From assembly GCF_018350175.1 (NCBI RefSeq), contig NC_058368.1, positions 136,588,001-136,652,000 of the forward strand: a stretch of DNA of 64,000 bases, given 5' to 3'. The notes under the pieces were generated by a model. That model saw only the letters and a list, made by a program, of their open reading frames with translations. It did not search any database and was not told the origin of the DNA. Position numbers and translations under genes: made by a program. Origin of the DNA: Felis catus (Eukaryota). Shown here one piece after another: positions 48,703-63,589 of this stretch. Every line of letters begins with the position of its first letter. Position 1 is the first letter of the stretch.

Positions 48703-51292
48703 AATACTTGAGCAGGACCTAATATCACTGTATGTGTGTGCATACTGTGACACAGTCATATCACCTCAAAGGGAAGGTAAAGTGGGGTGCGGTATTTTAG
48801 TGCAGGCATCACTCTCCGTGGTGCTGAAATACCGATGGTCAAGGGATAAGGCTCTCTCAACTGAATGACTCATCCTCCTTGGAGGTGATGCTACAGAGCT
48901 TGTGCAATCACATGAAGTAGAGATGGGGTGATGTGGGGAGGTTAGAGAGTAAGTAAAGAAAAGATGCATCAGGCTTCAGGATATTACAGCCAGAAAGGAT
49001 TTCAGGGAGTATCCAGTCCAACCCCTTAATTCTGCAAGTGAGGAAACAGAAAGCAAGCCCATCTGTCCTAAGTAGCAGAGATCCAACACCCATTGTAACC
49101 TGGGATAGGATAAAATGAGAGTGGGGTATTCCTATGGGATTGCTCTTAACATTTCTGATGGAGCATTCTACTGGTTGAATTTTCTCTCATCATGTGACCC
49201 CGTTTACTACACCACTAAAAAAGCTTGCTCAGAAACATGTTTTGATTTGTGCAGGAATTTTCCTATGCAATGAGTTTACACTTGACATTCCCAGTATGGG
49301 CTTTATAGCAGTAATGGAATTGCTGGTTGGTGTCACCAGAGCTTCCCAGATCTCTGCAAATGCCCCCTACTTTCTATTAATTTTACTAAGCTTCTAACTG
49401 ATCTCTCCTGATTTCTGAAAGAGTAGGACTTGAACGAACTTGGTGTGCACTTACATGCTACTTTTGTGACCTTATGCTCAAGGAAGCTGCGGATCTGCTG
49501 TTTGGTAGAATACAATTAGTGAGGTCACACGAGAGAGAAAGAGCAGAGGGGGAAAGCACCCAGTGACAAGCTGTGCAGATGTTGAGTGAAATAAGAGCTT
49601 GTGCTATAATCTGGTAAATTTTGACAAAAGAAAAGAAAGGACAAGAGCCTGCCAAGATAGATATTCACAGTGGTTAAGGTGAGGAGAGCTTCCCTTGCCT
49701 GAATTATCTAGGTAGACTCAGGCATACCTTAAGATTTACATATGCGAGGAAGCTACTTTGCGAAATCTTCATTTTAAAACTTTGTTCAATTCTAATTAAG
49801 TCTGTGTTTTTTAACTGGGATGACAGACGCTAATAACTACTGAACGAGGGAATTGCAAAATGCCACTGACTCCTGATCTGTAAATAGAACAAAGCCATCT
49901 GTGCAGTGGAGAGCATGGAGGTTCCCGCCTCACCCTCCCAGAGGCTCATTGTAACCTTGGGTCACAGATGGAGGCAGCTCAGCTGCCCTGAGCACCAACT
50001 TCATCTGGCCTCAGGGCCCCAGAGCCCTGAGCAGGTGTGGGCTACAAGCTTAGTCTCCCTGGAGGCTAGGAAGAGCAGCCTTGAGACCCACACCGCAAAC
50101 AAAAGCTAGTAAAGAGGACTTTTCTAAGCTGTTTCAGCCTGAGTCAGAAATGCAGGGCTCCAAGGGAAGGGAAAAACTAGCCTCCTTTATTCAAGCACCC
50201 CTACCTGCCTATGTCTAAGAGCACTCTGAGTCCAGAAAGCATTTATCTCCAAGCCTGAGTCCTGAGATTTTCACCAATATGCTATTTAACGTCTGCACAG
50301 GTGTCAGCTACGACCAGGATGGCATGGCCAGGAACTGGGTTGCCAGTCTTCTTCTATATCCCTCACCACACAAACTGACTCACTCAACTTTTATGAAGAT
50401 GGTCTTCCTCTAATAAGATACATTTACCATTGCTACTCTGCCTTTCTCCCATACTAGGTCTTTTTCACTAGAGTGAACACATTCGTTCCTTCCTGGTTTT
50501 GAGAAAATAATTGTCTCTTACAAATGTATTATACCAAATGAAGACAATGTGCTGACAGAGACAGGGCCTCCAGCTCTCATTATGCAATCCAAAGAGAATC
50601 TTGTAAGCTACGGTTTGCCCTGGAGAACTCCTGTTTGGATGTGGGGGTTTAGAGTGCAGCTCAGGGAGGATCCTTGCCCGGGTCTTCTGATTTCCCTGGC
50701 TCAGGGTGTTTCTGACAGCAGAGAGGTTTGTATGGGGTGGGTGGCGGCGACTAAATAAACAGTTGGGGGTGGAGGAAGGGCTGAGTCGTGTTCCTATAAG
50801 GGCCTCAGGAGGCCAATGTGCAGGGCCTCCTCCTGTACTGCAGGCTGAAGCTGGCTTAATTGCTGGTAATTAAAGCAGAATCTATAGTTTCTGGGCATGC
50901 CCGGTGGGGGAGGGGCTGGGTTTCTGGCCTCGGATGAGCTGCAGGAAAGCAAGTGGCTGCTCCGCTGAGCTTACGGCTCCACCACTCCCAACAGGGCCTG
51001 TTGCTGGGCAGTTTTCAGCAGAGGAGGCTTTGCAAACCTGCTCTTCAAGAATGGAGGATTGTCTTTTCAAAGGAAATCAACGTAAAAAGGAGATAATCTT
51101 TATGGAGAGTTTACTATAGGTTAGGCATTGTTTGAAGCACATTTAATTCCCCAAACATCTCAATAGATAAACTCTTAATTGATGATAATGATAAAAAAGA
51201 TTAGATAATTTACTCAAGGTCTACACTTGGCGCAGAATACAAATTGAGTTCACTGAATCCTGAGCTTGTGTTTTTAAGGCCCGTGCTATTTT

Positions 51293-51540
51293 ACAGAGGC
51301 TGCAAATTGGCAGTGTATGAAGCTGGATCCTGCCCCTCAACCTGCCTGATCCCCATGTGACCTTATAATGCAGAAATGTCCAATAAAATTGAGGATTTCT
51401 GATTTCCTTGAAAAAGTGATAAGATCTGCCAACAGTGGCCCAATTTTTGCAAGCAAACAATGAGCTGGGGCTCAGTAGCTGCTGCCCCTTATAGAGAAAG
51501 AATCTCTAGTTTCCCTGGAGATTTTGTTTTTCAGTTTCTA
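51293..51540. mobile_element. MER102-like hAT-Charlie fossil
   Basis: gatttccttgaaaaagtgataagatctgccaacagtggccc...ctcagtagctgctgcccctt. Confidence 0.55.
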
Positions 51541-52639
51541 CTGCTCCCTTTTGCCTAAGTCGCAGCCCATTTCAATCATTTATGGAACTGTCCTGGGCTT
51601 TGTTGGCATTTTGAGATTGTGGCACTGCTTCTGTAATGCAAATAGAATAAGAGATGAGAGTAAGAGCTTGAATAAAGGAATGAGTTGGCGAGGCCCAGTT
51701 ACATGAGCAGCAAGTGTCCTTGCACTCAGTTACACACTTGAAGAGCAAAAGCTCATTGCTGAGGCCAGTTTATCCCTAGTCTCATTTTCAAACGCACAGA
51801 TAAGCAGAGAAAAGCTGGCTCAGGGTAGGGGGAGAGAAGCACCGAAACTTCAAGAAGCATTGTAGTCTAAGACAAACAACGTTCCCTGTCTGCTTTTAAC
51901 AGATTGCTTTTCATAAAGCTTTGCTATAGCTCTGCTTTATCATCCCTGCCTGAGCTTCCAGCTGGACAGAATCCGAAAGCTAAAAGCCTACAACTTGCAG
52001 AGAAGGAGGGCATTTGGCTGCCACTACGGCTGTACAGCCACACCAGCCTGCTTGCTTCTGGGTAATCAGGTGGGAAATTTCATCTGAGTCTAGAGTTTCC
52101 TGCTGTATCAGTCTCTCCAGGCTCCTGCAGAGTTCAGATTCACATATCCACACTGGCAATCCTGCCTTTAAAAGGCTAAGGTAACTTTGAACAGCAGAGT
52201 ACAATTAATTTATTGGTTTCTTTAACCAGTGGAATATCAGCCACTCTGGTCAAGGCAAGAACCATTATGAGGTGCTTCAATGTCGTGGTCCAGTTTTTTA
52301 AGTCCTTGGAGTAAGCAAAGAATTATCTCACATCAAACACCTCAAGAGAAATACCCAGGCCATGAGACTCTGAAGGGCCTTGTCTTAGAATGTGTCTTCT
52401 TTGCATAGGAGTGACCATTAAGCTTGAATTCCTGACAAGGGTGACTAGGCTTTTCCTAATGAACTGTAAGGAACCTGGCATTTTCCCACTTTCACATTTC
52501 CCACTGTCACATGTATGTGCTCTAGTCTTTTTCTTCCAGACCAGTTCTTAAAGGGTGCTTTACTAAAATATATCACTGAAGGCCATTCTTTCCTGAATCT
52601 AAACCTCAGAGGTTTCTTGCCAGGATGACTCCAGTCCTG

Positions 52640-52890
52640 AGCAGAGGCGAGGTAGCAGATCCATAAGAGCAGGATGTAGACTTACCCAGCCCCGGGTTTG
52701 TGTCCCAGCTCAGCCACTTGCTAACTGGGTAGGCCTTCCAGTCATCGAACGACTCTGAGTTCTGGTTTCCTCACTCAAGAAATGCATACTGACTTTATTT
52801 CCCAGGGTTGGAATGGGAACGCTATGAAAAAATACAACATACAAAGGAGCTTACAACACTTGGCATATAGGAAGTGTTTCATAAAGGGTC
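52640..52890 (+). mobile_element. MIR SINE
   Basis: gggtttgtgtcccagctcagccacttgctaactgggt...ctctgagttctggtttcctca. Confidence 0.6.
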
Positions 52891-53334
52891 TTGTTCTTTC
52901 TGTCCCTGCCTACCTCTACTTTTCTCTCTTCCCATGCCCCTCTCTCACACTCGGTACCATTTCTTCTGACAAGAGTATTCCTTCCATCCTTCACCCCACA
53001 CTTGCCTATCTCCTTTTTCTTTCCCTCAGATCACTGCCTTCCCTGGCTTTCCAGACTGGATCAAGCACCCAGACTGAACTTTTTTAAACCACCTTATATG
53101 TCCTCTTTGTAACACTTGCTGCTTGCCACTATCTGTCTCTCCCACTACGTTAAGGACTGAGTAAGAGCAAGGTTCAACTGTGTATTGCCCATTCTTGGGT
53201 CCTAAGTACCTGGCACATAGTAAGCTCTCAATAAGTACTCTTTGAATGATTGATAAATGATACAGCTCAGCTTGAACTTTCTTTCAATTGTATAATAAAT
53301 GGGGAGTTAGCAGTCATGTGTTCAGAGATTACAA

Positions 53335-54521
53335 CCATATACAAAAATTAAATCAAAATAGGTCAAAGATCTTAATGTAAGAGCTAAAACTATAAAACTC
53401 TTAGAAGACAACATAAGGGTAAATCTCTATTACCTTGAATTTGACAATGGAGTCTCATGACATCATAAACACACGCAAGAACAACAACAAAATAGATAAA
53501 TTGGGTGTCATCAAAATTAAAAACTTTTGAGCTTCAAAGGACACTATCAAAAAGGGAAAAGACAAACCACAGAATGGGAGAAAATATATGCAAAACATAT
53601 ATTTGATAAGGGACTTGTATTAAAGAATATAGAAAGAACTCTTACAACTCAGTAACAAAAAGATAAACAACAAAAGATAAAAAACAAAGATAAATGGGCT
53701 AAGGATTTGAAAAGACATTCCTCCAAAGAAGATGTACATATGGCCTTTAAGCACATGAAAAGATGCTCAACATCCTTAGCCATCAGGGATATTTAAATCA
53801 AAACCACAAGATACTACTTAACACCCACTAGGATGACTAGAATAAAAATGTCAGATGATAACAATTGTTGGCACGAACGTGGAGAAATCAGAACACTCGT
53901 ATACAGCTGATGGGTGTGTAAAATGACGCAGCCACTTTGAAAAACAGTCTGACAGTTCCTCCTAACAAGAGACTTACTATTGGACCAGCAATTCCACTCA
54001 TAGCTATATACCCAAGAGAAATTAATATATGTATCTACACAAAGACTTGCACATTAATGTTTATGGCAGCACTATCAGTAATAGCCCCAAAGTGAAAATA
54101 ATCCAAATGTCCATCACCTAATGAATGAAAAAATAAAATATGGTATATCCACGCAATGAAATATTATTCAGCTATAAAAAGGAATGAAATATTGGTACAT
54201 GCTATAACATGGATGAACCTTGAAAACATTATAAATGAAAGAAGTCAGACACAAAGGACCACATACTGTATGGGTCCAATTATATGAAATGTTCAAAATC
54301 AGCAAATCCACAGAGACAGGAATTAGATGAGTGGTTGCTAGGGCTGGGAAGACTGGGGATTAAAAGCTAAAGGGTATAGTGTTTCCAAAACTGGTTGGGG
54401 TGATAGCTTCACAACTCTGTGAATATACCAACTAAATATATACTAAAAATTGAATTGTATACTGTAAATGAGAGAATGTATGGTATACACATTACATTTC
54501 AAAGAGGTAAAAAAAAAAAAA
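53335..54521 (+). mobile_element. L1MB-like 3' fragment
   Basis: aatgtaagagctaaaactataaaactcttagaaga...ggatgaaccttgaaaacattat..., with an A-run at 54509-54521. Confidence 0.88.
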
Positions 54522-57500
54522 GAGAGGGAGAGAAGGATTGTTATAAATTCACGAATTGTTAGATATCAAGAGAAGTGTGTGACTCCCATAAGGAGTTAGC
54601 ATTCCAGGGGAGAAGACACATGTATTTGAAACAAATAAGCAATACCAAGTGGGCTAGAATCAAACGCTACCTTAAGAACAAGAGCTGCAGTCCTGAGAAG
54701 GCACAGGGGAAGGCACAGAGGTGGAAAATGTGGCACAGGACATATTTTAAACTCCAAGTACAGAAATTCTATTCTTTGACACTTGGTGGTGACACTGATT
54801 ATTTCCCAGTACTGTTGTCTATCACATGGTTTAGTCCCGTCTGCCCAGTTTGTTTCATCTTTGTCTTCCCCCCAGCTGTAAGCATAGAGCCTGATACCCG
54901 GCTTGGGGTAATTGCGTTGTGACTGGGGATGGGGCCAGAGTCAGGATTTAGAGCTTCCTGTCTGAGCTGACTTGTCTCTTTTAATCATGCCTGTGTCACC
55001 AAGGGCTTCCTTTTTGCAAAAGGCTTTCCCATGTTTTCATTTGTTAGCCTACCTCACAGCCCAGGAGGGCAGAAGAGCATGCTAATGTTACTGTCTCCAG
55101 AAGCAACTGGAGAATAGGAAGAGCAGGGAGGCTGGTCTCACTTCAAGGTCATCCAGGGGGCAAGCACCTGGCTGATCAGGGATTAGCATAGATGTTACTG
55201 TCCTGCTAAGCCTACAGAGCCACATTGTTTATCTATTTCTGAGATAGGTTTACAGCCATTTAAGGGATAAAAAAAAATCAGTTTGAATCAATCTTTATTT
55301 TAGGACTAAAATAAGGGTGTGTGTTTGAGGGGAGGCGAGCAGATCACATCTTTAAGAGGAAAAAAAATGGAAATAATAAAGTTATCTAAAAAGTGTTCCT
55401 GATCCCCTATATCCCTGAGCCCCTCTAACATCCTCATTCTAAGATGGGGAAGATTACCTTAAGCCAGCCTCAATGCTCCTTTGGCGAGTTTGTTCTATTT
55501 AATATATTGTTTAATGTATTTGTTAATTTAGGCCATGACTCATTGCTTTTCTGAATTCTATTTTTAGCTGTTGCTTCTCAGTTGGATTTTTCCACATATC
55601 AGATGTTCAACTATGTGTCTGAGGGGACAAAGTCTGCCCTGCGGATGAAAAATTGACCATATAGTTTTATTATTTGTAAATTGTAAAAAGTGGTAAAAAT
55701 GCCTTTCGTCTCCCCTAAAACTTGTTAAGATTGAGGTTTCACCCTACAGAGAATATATGATGAAATGCAAAATTTAAATATATATGATGCATAATTCTGA
55801 GACACTCAGAGGAAGATGGCAGCCACCTGTATGTTATTGTCTAACATTTTAACACCTGACTTTTGACCCCTTCCTTAGAGAGGAATCTGATAGTGACATG
55901 AGCAAGTAAAGATCACTCAAATGTGCTGATATAGCAACATTGTGAGTTTGTGAAAAGCTAAGAAGAATTTAGGGAGAAGCAGTGGCTTTGCAGAAGGATG
56001 GAGGCTGGTCAACAGTACGGTTACCAGAAGGGCAATTGGGCCCTGAGAAGGCATAAGAGGAATATGAAAAGGAATCTCAAGGTAGACAGATTATGATGGA
56101 GACTAATCAAGATGGTGGACCACATGGCTGCCCACAAGTAACCGTTTGTTAACCTTCTTTTTTTTTTTTTAAGTTTATAACTGCTGTATGCATATATTTA
56201 TAGGTAAACGCACAGGAAAGTTCTAGAATGATACACATCAAACTGATAACAAATTCTGGAGAGGAGAAATTGATGGTTGCCTTCTACTCTAAATAACTCT
56301 GTGTTGTTTGATTTTTTTCCAAAAACTGGAAGGTATTCATATATTCCTTATATAATTGAATAAAGAAGACAAAGGGGAGAGCATATAAGACTAAGTGTGC
56401 CCACTGTTAAAAAATGAAATTAGAATCATATAACTAGGAGAAAATAAAAACCATCTGTAATCCCGCCATCAATGATAACCACACTAGGGGAGCATTTCTC
56501 ACCCAAACCCACAATAGCAGATTTGGAGTCTAGGTAGAAAACGTCTCCACTGGTAGAGAAAAGGGTGCCACACCAACAAGGCAAGCAGGGAGAAGCAAGA
56601 GAAAAGCAGCTGGTCAAGCAGTGGGGCTGGGGCCATAGAGGGAACAGCACCAGCAAGAGGAACTTGGGGCACAGATAATATAGTCAGACATTCATCCTCA
56701 GTCCTGTTTTTATGCTTTATCCATGAATAATGTCATCAGCAAGAAGTCAGGAGTTATAGTTGGATTTTGCCCAAACTGGATGCGGGATTACACACAGAGT
56801 TAATGCTACCATGCAGAGAGCTCACCCTTGGCCTCTGGTGGAAGTGGGGCTAAGGGAATCTTTTAAAAAGAAGGGCCAGTAGCCTTACAGGTCAGTCTTA
56901 GATAGGAACGAGAGGCCCTTGACTGCAAGAAGAGTGACTTAGAAAGAGTCTTGAAGAGTCTAGAAGCAACGTGGATGCTCTTGGCATTGGGAGGGCCCTT
57001 CATTGTGTGGGCGGTCCATGTACTCCAGGAGGCTGGGCATCCATGACCTTCTGTCACTGAAGATGACCCAAAACACCACCACACATCCAAATATCTCTAT
57101 GGCCTCCGAATACATCCTTATTAGGAAAGCACCGGATCTGATGCCCAGTGAAAGGAGCTTCAGGAGGCTATAACCTCCCAAGTCTCTCCTGACACAGGGA
57201 GGTTGAACCATGGCTTCCAAATGACTCTGAGCCACAAAGAATGGGGTAGACTGGAGGGGTTCTAAGTAACAAGAGAAATAGGGTAAAGGCATGAAACCAG
57301 AGGCACAGTTGGCAGAAGAGAAACACCCCCCACTTTAACCTCTGATGGAAAGAGCTAAAGATCTATCCTGAGCGGAGGCAGGGAACTCAGGGAAGACCAT
57401 GAAAAGGGTTCTGTTTCATGCCTTGTTACGAAACAAGGCATCCACATCAGCCTTTGGCCTTTAGGACTTTAGCTTTGGATGTCATGCATTTTTTAAGGAG

Positions 57501-58244
57501 GTCAAAGAAAGCCAGTTGTTGGATCTGCTGTGAACATTGAAAGAAATGTGCTCTTGATCTATCAGCATTAAACGCCTCTTGAGATAGAGACTGTCACATC
57601 AATTAGACGTGAAACTCCTCTATCTCAGCCTCTCTACATATTTAACGACTTGGAGGGAAAGAAAACTTTCATATTTAGCTAGGATATATATAGTAAACAT
57701 CCAAAAAACGTTGGGTCTATTTTTAGATGCACATTTCTAGTCTTATCCATAACTGGACAACAATGTAGTGTTTGCCATGCTGAATCAAAATCAGTTCCCC
57801 ATTTTAAATGGGCAAATGCGCTGCATTTCCAGGTTTGCTTATAGCCATTTTTCATAAGCAAGTTAGTTGCTTGGAAATACATATCTGTGTACTTCCCCCT
57901 AACGCTATCCTACCTAAAACTGCTCAAAGAACAAATGCCCAGCTTACAACATTTTTTCTTTCAATTTGTGAGACATAAAACAGTAAAGGCTAACATGGCA
58001 GATTGCAAATGCAGGGCCTTGAAAGAACCAACAGATATTCCAGCCCTGGGAGGCTTCCAAGTCTAGATGGAAGGGAGCCCCCAAGTTCTTCTACCCTTTT
58101 GTAGAGAAACTGCAACAAATCAGCAAAGGTGTCTAAAGAGGTCTTATTTTCTCCATTCTTTGGGGTCCCCATCGGCTCTAGATGTAGTTTCACTTACATC
58201 ATCAGCCCAGAGAGACCAACAATAGCAGCAGCACCAGGGACCAT

Positions 58245-58370
58245 TTTACGAATGGTCACCTTTTACCAGGTACTATACTAAATACTTCACAGTCATTATC
58301 TCATTTAATCATCCCAACAGCTCAGAGAGGTAGATACTATCCATTTTACAGATGAGGAAACTGAGACATC
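58245..58370 (-). mobile_element. MIR SINE
   Basis: Canonical core ccattttacagatgaggaaactgaga. Confidence 0.8.
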
Positions 58371-59019
58371 CATAGGGAAATGGTAGAACACCACATGGAA
58401 GTCCTTAGAATACCCACCTTCCATCAGTTTCTGTCTATGGAAGAACGAAGGCAAGAGAACTCCCCCTGGGATCCCGGAGCAAGAGGAGGAGCCACAGATA
58501 AATGGAGGGCCTGTATCAGGCTCTGATACCGTGAGCCCCCAGTGCGCCCCCCAAGGTGTATCAAGCTTTCACTTTTTCAACATTCTCCTGCAGGCAGGCT
58601 TGCACTGCAGTTTTTGTTGTTGCTGTGGGTTGAGCATCACATAAACTGACCTAGTGAAGAGGAAAGGACTAGCCCCCTAGGTCTGTCCCCTCTTTGCTTT
58701 GCTTATTCAGCATGTTTTCCCTGATGTTGGGAGCAGCTGGGGCTAGTGAGCTGGAACCCAAGCAGATCAATACCATGTGCTTATGAGGACATGGTTAACA
58801 GAGTACTAATGCTCATCACGGATACATCCAGTATGTCAATCACGGTCGAGAGGTTAAGTGGATTTTTTTTTGCCTAATGTCAGCAGGTCCATCTTATTGG
58901 GACATGGGACATTTTCCTGCCTTGCTCACCCAATACAGTTTAAGGGTAGGTAAACAATGCGTTAAATATTTGTAATAATGCTTTACATGCAATGTTTGCA
59001 TAAAAAATGAAGATCCCAT

Positions 59020-59063
59020 ATATGAATATACACATATATATACATGTTATATATGTTATATAT

Positions 59064-59124
<61 letters not shown>
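59020..59124. repeat. (TA)n microsatellite with a degenerate flank
   Basis: Perfect AT run at ~59070-59124. Confidence 0.95.
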
Positions 59125-59127
<3 letters not shown>

Positions 59128-60499
59128 AAGCTTTGGACATTTTTCTGATTACATTGTGAGTGAAACATGTTTTAAAAATTGAATGTAGTCTTCATTGTGC
59201 TGTAAGGTACCCTGATGCCAAATTTTTTTACAAAACAAAAAATACAGGGGTAACATAATATTTGCTTACATGTTTGCGACATCATTTTTTGTCTTTTGCT
59301 TTTTTGTCATCTTTTTCTTAAATGAAGGAACAGCACTGTTGCAATTAATAATACCTTAGGCAAAATTAAATTCCTTTTCCTGGGGTTGAGGTGACCTCCT
59401 CATGCAGAAGGGCCCTTCTATGGTGGTAAGCAGACGTGGAGGTCTGAGTCACATACACCATCTTCCCTCCAGACAGTGCCTCCCTTGTCTAAATTGTGCT
59501 GGAAGGTATGGTTCTTTGCTCAAGCTAAAAAAAATTTTTGTAGCTCTTTAAGAGCCATGAAAAAAAACAAACAACAACAACAACAAAAACCAAGGAGATG
59601 TGCTCAGTAACACTGGGGAAGGAGAACTAATACATTTTTTTTTTCCTGCTAGAAAATTTCCAGCAATGCTTCTCCTCAAAATTAGAGACATTTCACCAAA
59701 TTTGGCTGAGGTCATTCATGCAAAAATAATAGCTATATGATAGACCATGGGATTCTGTCTCCCTAAAAGACATTACATTTTCAAGAACACTCCTATACAA
59801 ATGCAAATGCACAGAGAGAGACAGTTTGTCAGATGTCCAGCCACACAGAGAAAACTGCCCTGCTTCTCATTTATTCTCACCTACATTCCTAACAGAGAAA
59901 GAAGAATCCTAAGGTCCTGCTGCCAAAGTCATCCCTAGGCTCTGGAAGACACAGGCATAAAGAAGTGAAAAGCCAACAATAACGATGGATTCTCAACTAT
60001 CTGGAAAGACGAAACCAAGTGGCTACCCCAGGACTAGCGACCTTTTATCCAAAGTCCTCTCCCATGCCCCCCATAAGGTGGAAGGCTGGAGTCAGGGAGC
60101 TTGTATAAGACAATGGCCCTTAAAAGGAGCCCACAGATCTGAACTCAGTGCCGATCTATTCAACAAAAAGTGCTGTGTGAAGCCGTAATGCTGGAGTAAG
60201 CGGGCAGAACTCATGCTGGTGTGACGTATTTATTGATGAAGTTGTTATCTTTCTGGGGCCTGGCTGACCAGAGATGAACTAGGATCTGTTACATTGGCCT
60301 TCCTAACTTTGTATTGTATTAGCTTAAACCAGCTTATTAAATGAACTACAAGATCCTTTGGACACCTTTAAACGGTGGCTGTGCCCATGAATATTTACGA
60401 GTGATAAGAATGCAGACAGTAATATGCTTCTAAAGTCTCTCACAAATACATGTGAAAATGCTTCATATACAATGAAAGACTAATAACAAGATGAGAAAA

Positions 60500-60750
60500 T
60501 AATATAGACATAGTTAGATAATCTATATCATATCTAGAATACATGATATATACATAGATATATCATATATTACATATTTATTTCTATATTAACATAGATA
60601 TTAAAGTTCATAGTCATATATATTTATATCTATATATTTGTCTTTATATCTCTGTATTTATAATATATTTATTTAGATAGCTATACACCTATAGATATCA
60701 TATATCTTATAATAAGATATAAGAAAGAAGAAGATAATATTCTCTATATT
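60500..60750. repeat. AT-rich low-complexity tract
   Basis: Degenerate ATAT/AGAT repeats. Confidence 0.75.
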
Positions 60751-63589
60751 TGCTCTTCATAAACAAAAAGGACTGTTACCTACAGGGGATCATTAGGCTC
60801 AACCTTGTTACAGAAATTGGGGTTGGAAGGAATTCTGGAACAGACAGACTCATCCTACACAACATAAAGACTGCTACCTGGATGATTCTGACCTACTCTG
60901 GACTGTTCTAGGTAATTCAGACAGAAGGTAGCTCACAGGCAGGTGAACCCTGCCTGAGCTGATGTGCAACCCAGAGCCCTGTCCTATTTCCCCTGACACT
61001 ATGCATCTATGTTCCATCTATGGACCCAGGCTTGGTATTCTCTTCAGAGGGCATCAGTCACATCAGCTCTAGGAGAGGTAGAGTGCTCAAAATCCAAAGT
61101 ACTTATGGAAAACCCAGTGATCTCTCTGCCAAGTCGTCTTAGCAGGCCTTTAAAAGTCCAGAGAGAACCTTTTCCCTTTCTGGTCCAGTGCCTGCCTGCA
61201 CATGAGCAAGGACAAGAAACCCATCCTCTACCACATCATTGAGGTCAGGCTTTACTCTTCTTATGGGAAGAAATTTGCAGCCCATAAAACTGATAGCTAT
61301 CATCTCCTGGCCTGAAGTCCCTTTTAAGAAATTATTTCACTGAAATACATCCTTATTCTCATGACACATATTATGAGTACTTAACCAGCTGCCAGAAACA
61401 GCTCATTTCATTGTTGTTTGGAAGACAACGGAAGAGGGTCCATGCCTCAGACAAGGGAAGGCCTATTGCCATAAGGAAGGGAAACAAGTCACCAAATCAC
61501 ATAAAAAGGTGATGTGTTGCTTGAGTTTATGTGTTTTCCTATAACTGTTTTTTTTTTATCAAGATGATTTATTTGTATTATTTTCATTCAACATAATGGA
61601 TTCTTTAGCCCATCTTTACCTTTACGTGACCTTGGATTTTATGGTATGTTAACTGTGTCAATTACAGAGGCGTTGGATACAAATCACCTCTGGAATAACC
61701 CGGATGACAGCATGGCAGTGAGCTGCAGGGAAACAAGGCAGGCTCCTGTGGTTGGGTGGGGGTGGGGAACTCTCACAGGCGTCACAGCCTGTGTGGTGGG
61801 GACACCCTTCCCCTGAACTGCTGGGATGGGATGAGAGGGGCACCATCATGCTCCTGCTGACTTTTCCATTTGGTTTCCAGGCCTGCACTTGGGAAAAACA
61901 AAATGTGATCCCACCCCTGATCTAGCCTGGGTGTCTCCCAAGGCAAGCTTTATAGCTTGCTTCATTCTCAAGTTCCCCATGTTAATAATTGCCTTCTATT
62001 TTCAAAAACGTGCTCCGAGCCATGCCATGTGTCTGTGCTTTACAGGCATTGATTAGCTCATTTAATCCTGACAACCTCCTTGTGAAAGTGGACGGCTTTT
62101 ATCCCTTTTTACAAATGAGGTGTGTGAGGTATAGAAGCTGCTTTGTTCAAGAACTGGCTGGGATACAAACGGATGCTTGATACTCATGTTAAGCAGAATA
62201 TTGGAGCTTTTCTTTTCTTTTTTATTCTTTCCTTTTTATTTAATCTTCTTTTTCTCCCCTAAGGCATTACCTTCATCTTCAGCCCTCTCAACTTCAAATA
62301 TTCAGGACTGGTGTTTAAATTTTCACTGAAAGGAATGACAAGCAACAAACCACCCTGAGCTTCAGTTTCTACATTTATGTCAACATCTGGGGGGTCGGAT
62401 GCCTTGGTTAGCAGCTGATGCTGGGATGTCGGGAGGAAGATGCAAGGACTTTTGTATATTGCCCAACAAAGGCATCATGACTGAGCCTCTCAGCAATACC
62501 GCGATGCATTGAAATAAGGGACATTTAGAAGAGGCTGAGGTCGGGCGGAGGGGGAGGCGGTGGATCTTTTGAGAACAGCAGCCTCTGAGGAGTTTTTAGA
62601 CACCAGTCAAAGAATCCATTTCCTCCCACAAACATAGACCTTTGAGGGCACATTTTAGCTGTGGCTTCTGAGTGCCTATTTTTATCACTGTCCAGTTATT
62701 GATGAACTGGAATGTCTTTTATTTTCCATTGACGAGGTCATCATTTGCTATTTATTTTAGGTTGATAAGATGTTGTGAGAACAAAACTTCACTGCTATAT
62801 CCATCCGTGAAACAGAAAAGAACAATTAGGAAGCTCTTTGATTTATCCCCAGACTGTTAACTGATAAAGATGGTTGCATTCTTGTTTTGATTTTTTTTTT
62901 TTTTTTTGGTAGGACTTTATAATATCAAGAATCTCAGATTTGGAAAAAAAAAAAAGAGTTCATCATTTGCATCTGCTGTGTGGAGATTTGCATTTTGGAA
63001 CTATTTTGCTCGGCATCGGGGCTATGTGAGCTGCTGCAATTATGTGTCCTCCTGCCCTCCCTTCTCCAGAGGGCAAGGATTTCTGCCCAGAAGGACTGAC
63101 CAGCCATATTCACAAGTTCAGGCCATGTTACTGCTCAGCCCCTGCTAGAGGAAGTCCCAGAGCAACTTCCTGAGCGCTACCCTGATCCCTGCCACCCCAG
63201 GGACAAGGGAGGACTGGCAATCATTACAGTAATTCAGAAAGATGGTTTGGGATCTAGCTGGACTTCTTGCAAAGCTTTCAGTCACCATCGTCCCCTCTCC
63301 AGGGAAAACTTAATGAATGATTCAGAAAACAAACGTTCTTTATTCAAGGATCAAGACACTGTGCTTGTTACAATGTGTGTAACCCTTCATGTTAATTTTG
63401 CTACCAGAAAGAAACTTCTCAGAGCCAATACTTGCAATGAGAAATTAAGATGGAATGTTGCCCCATGGTCAGTTTTTTTCTAAGGAAAGGCACACAGGGC
63501 ATGTAGAAGCACCTGAATTTTAGGGCCAGAAGCTAGATTTGAATTCTAGCATAAAAAAATGTAGGTTTTCCAAAGGCCATGATTAATCA

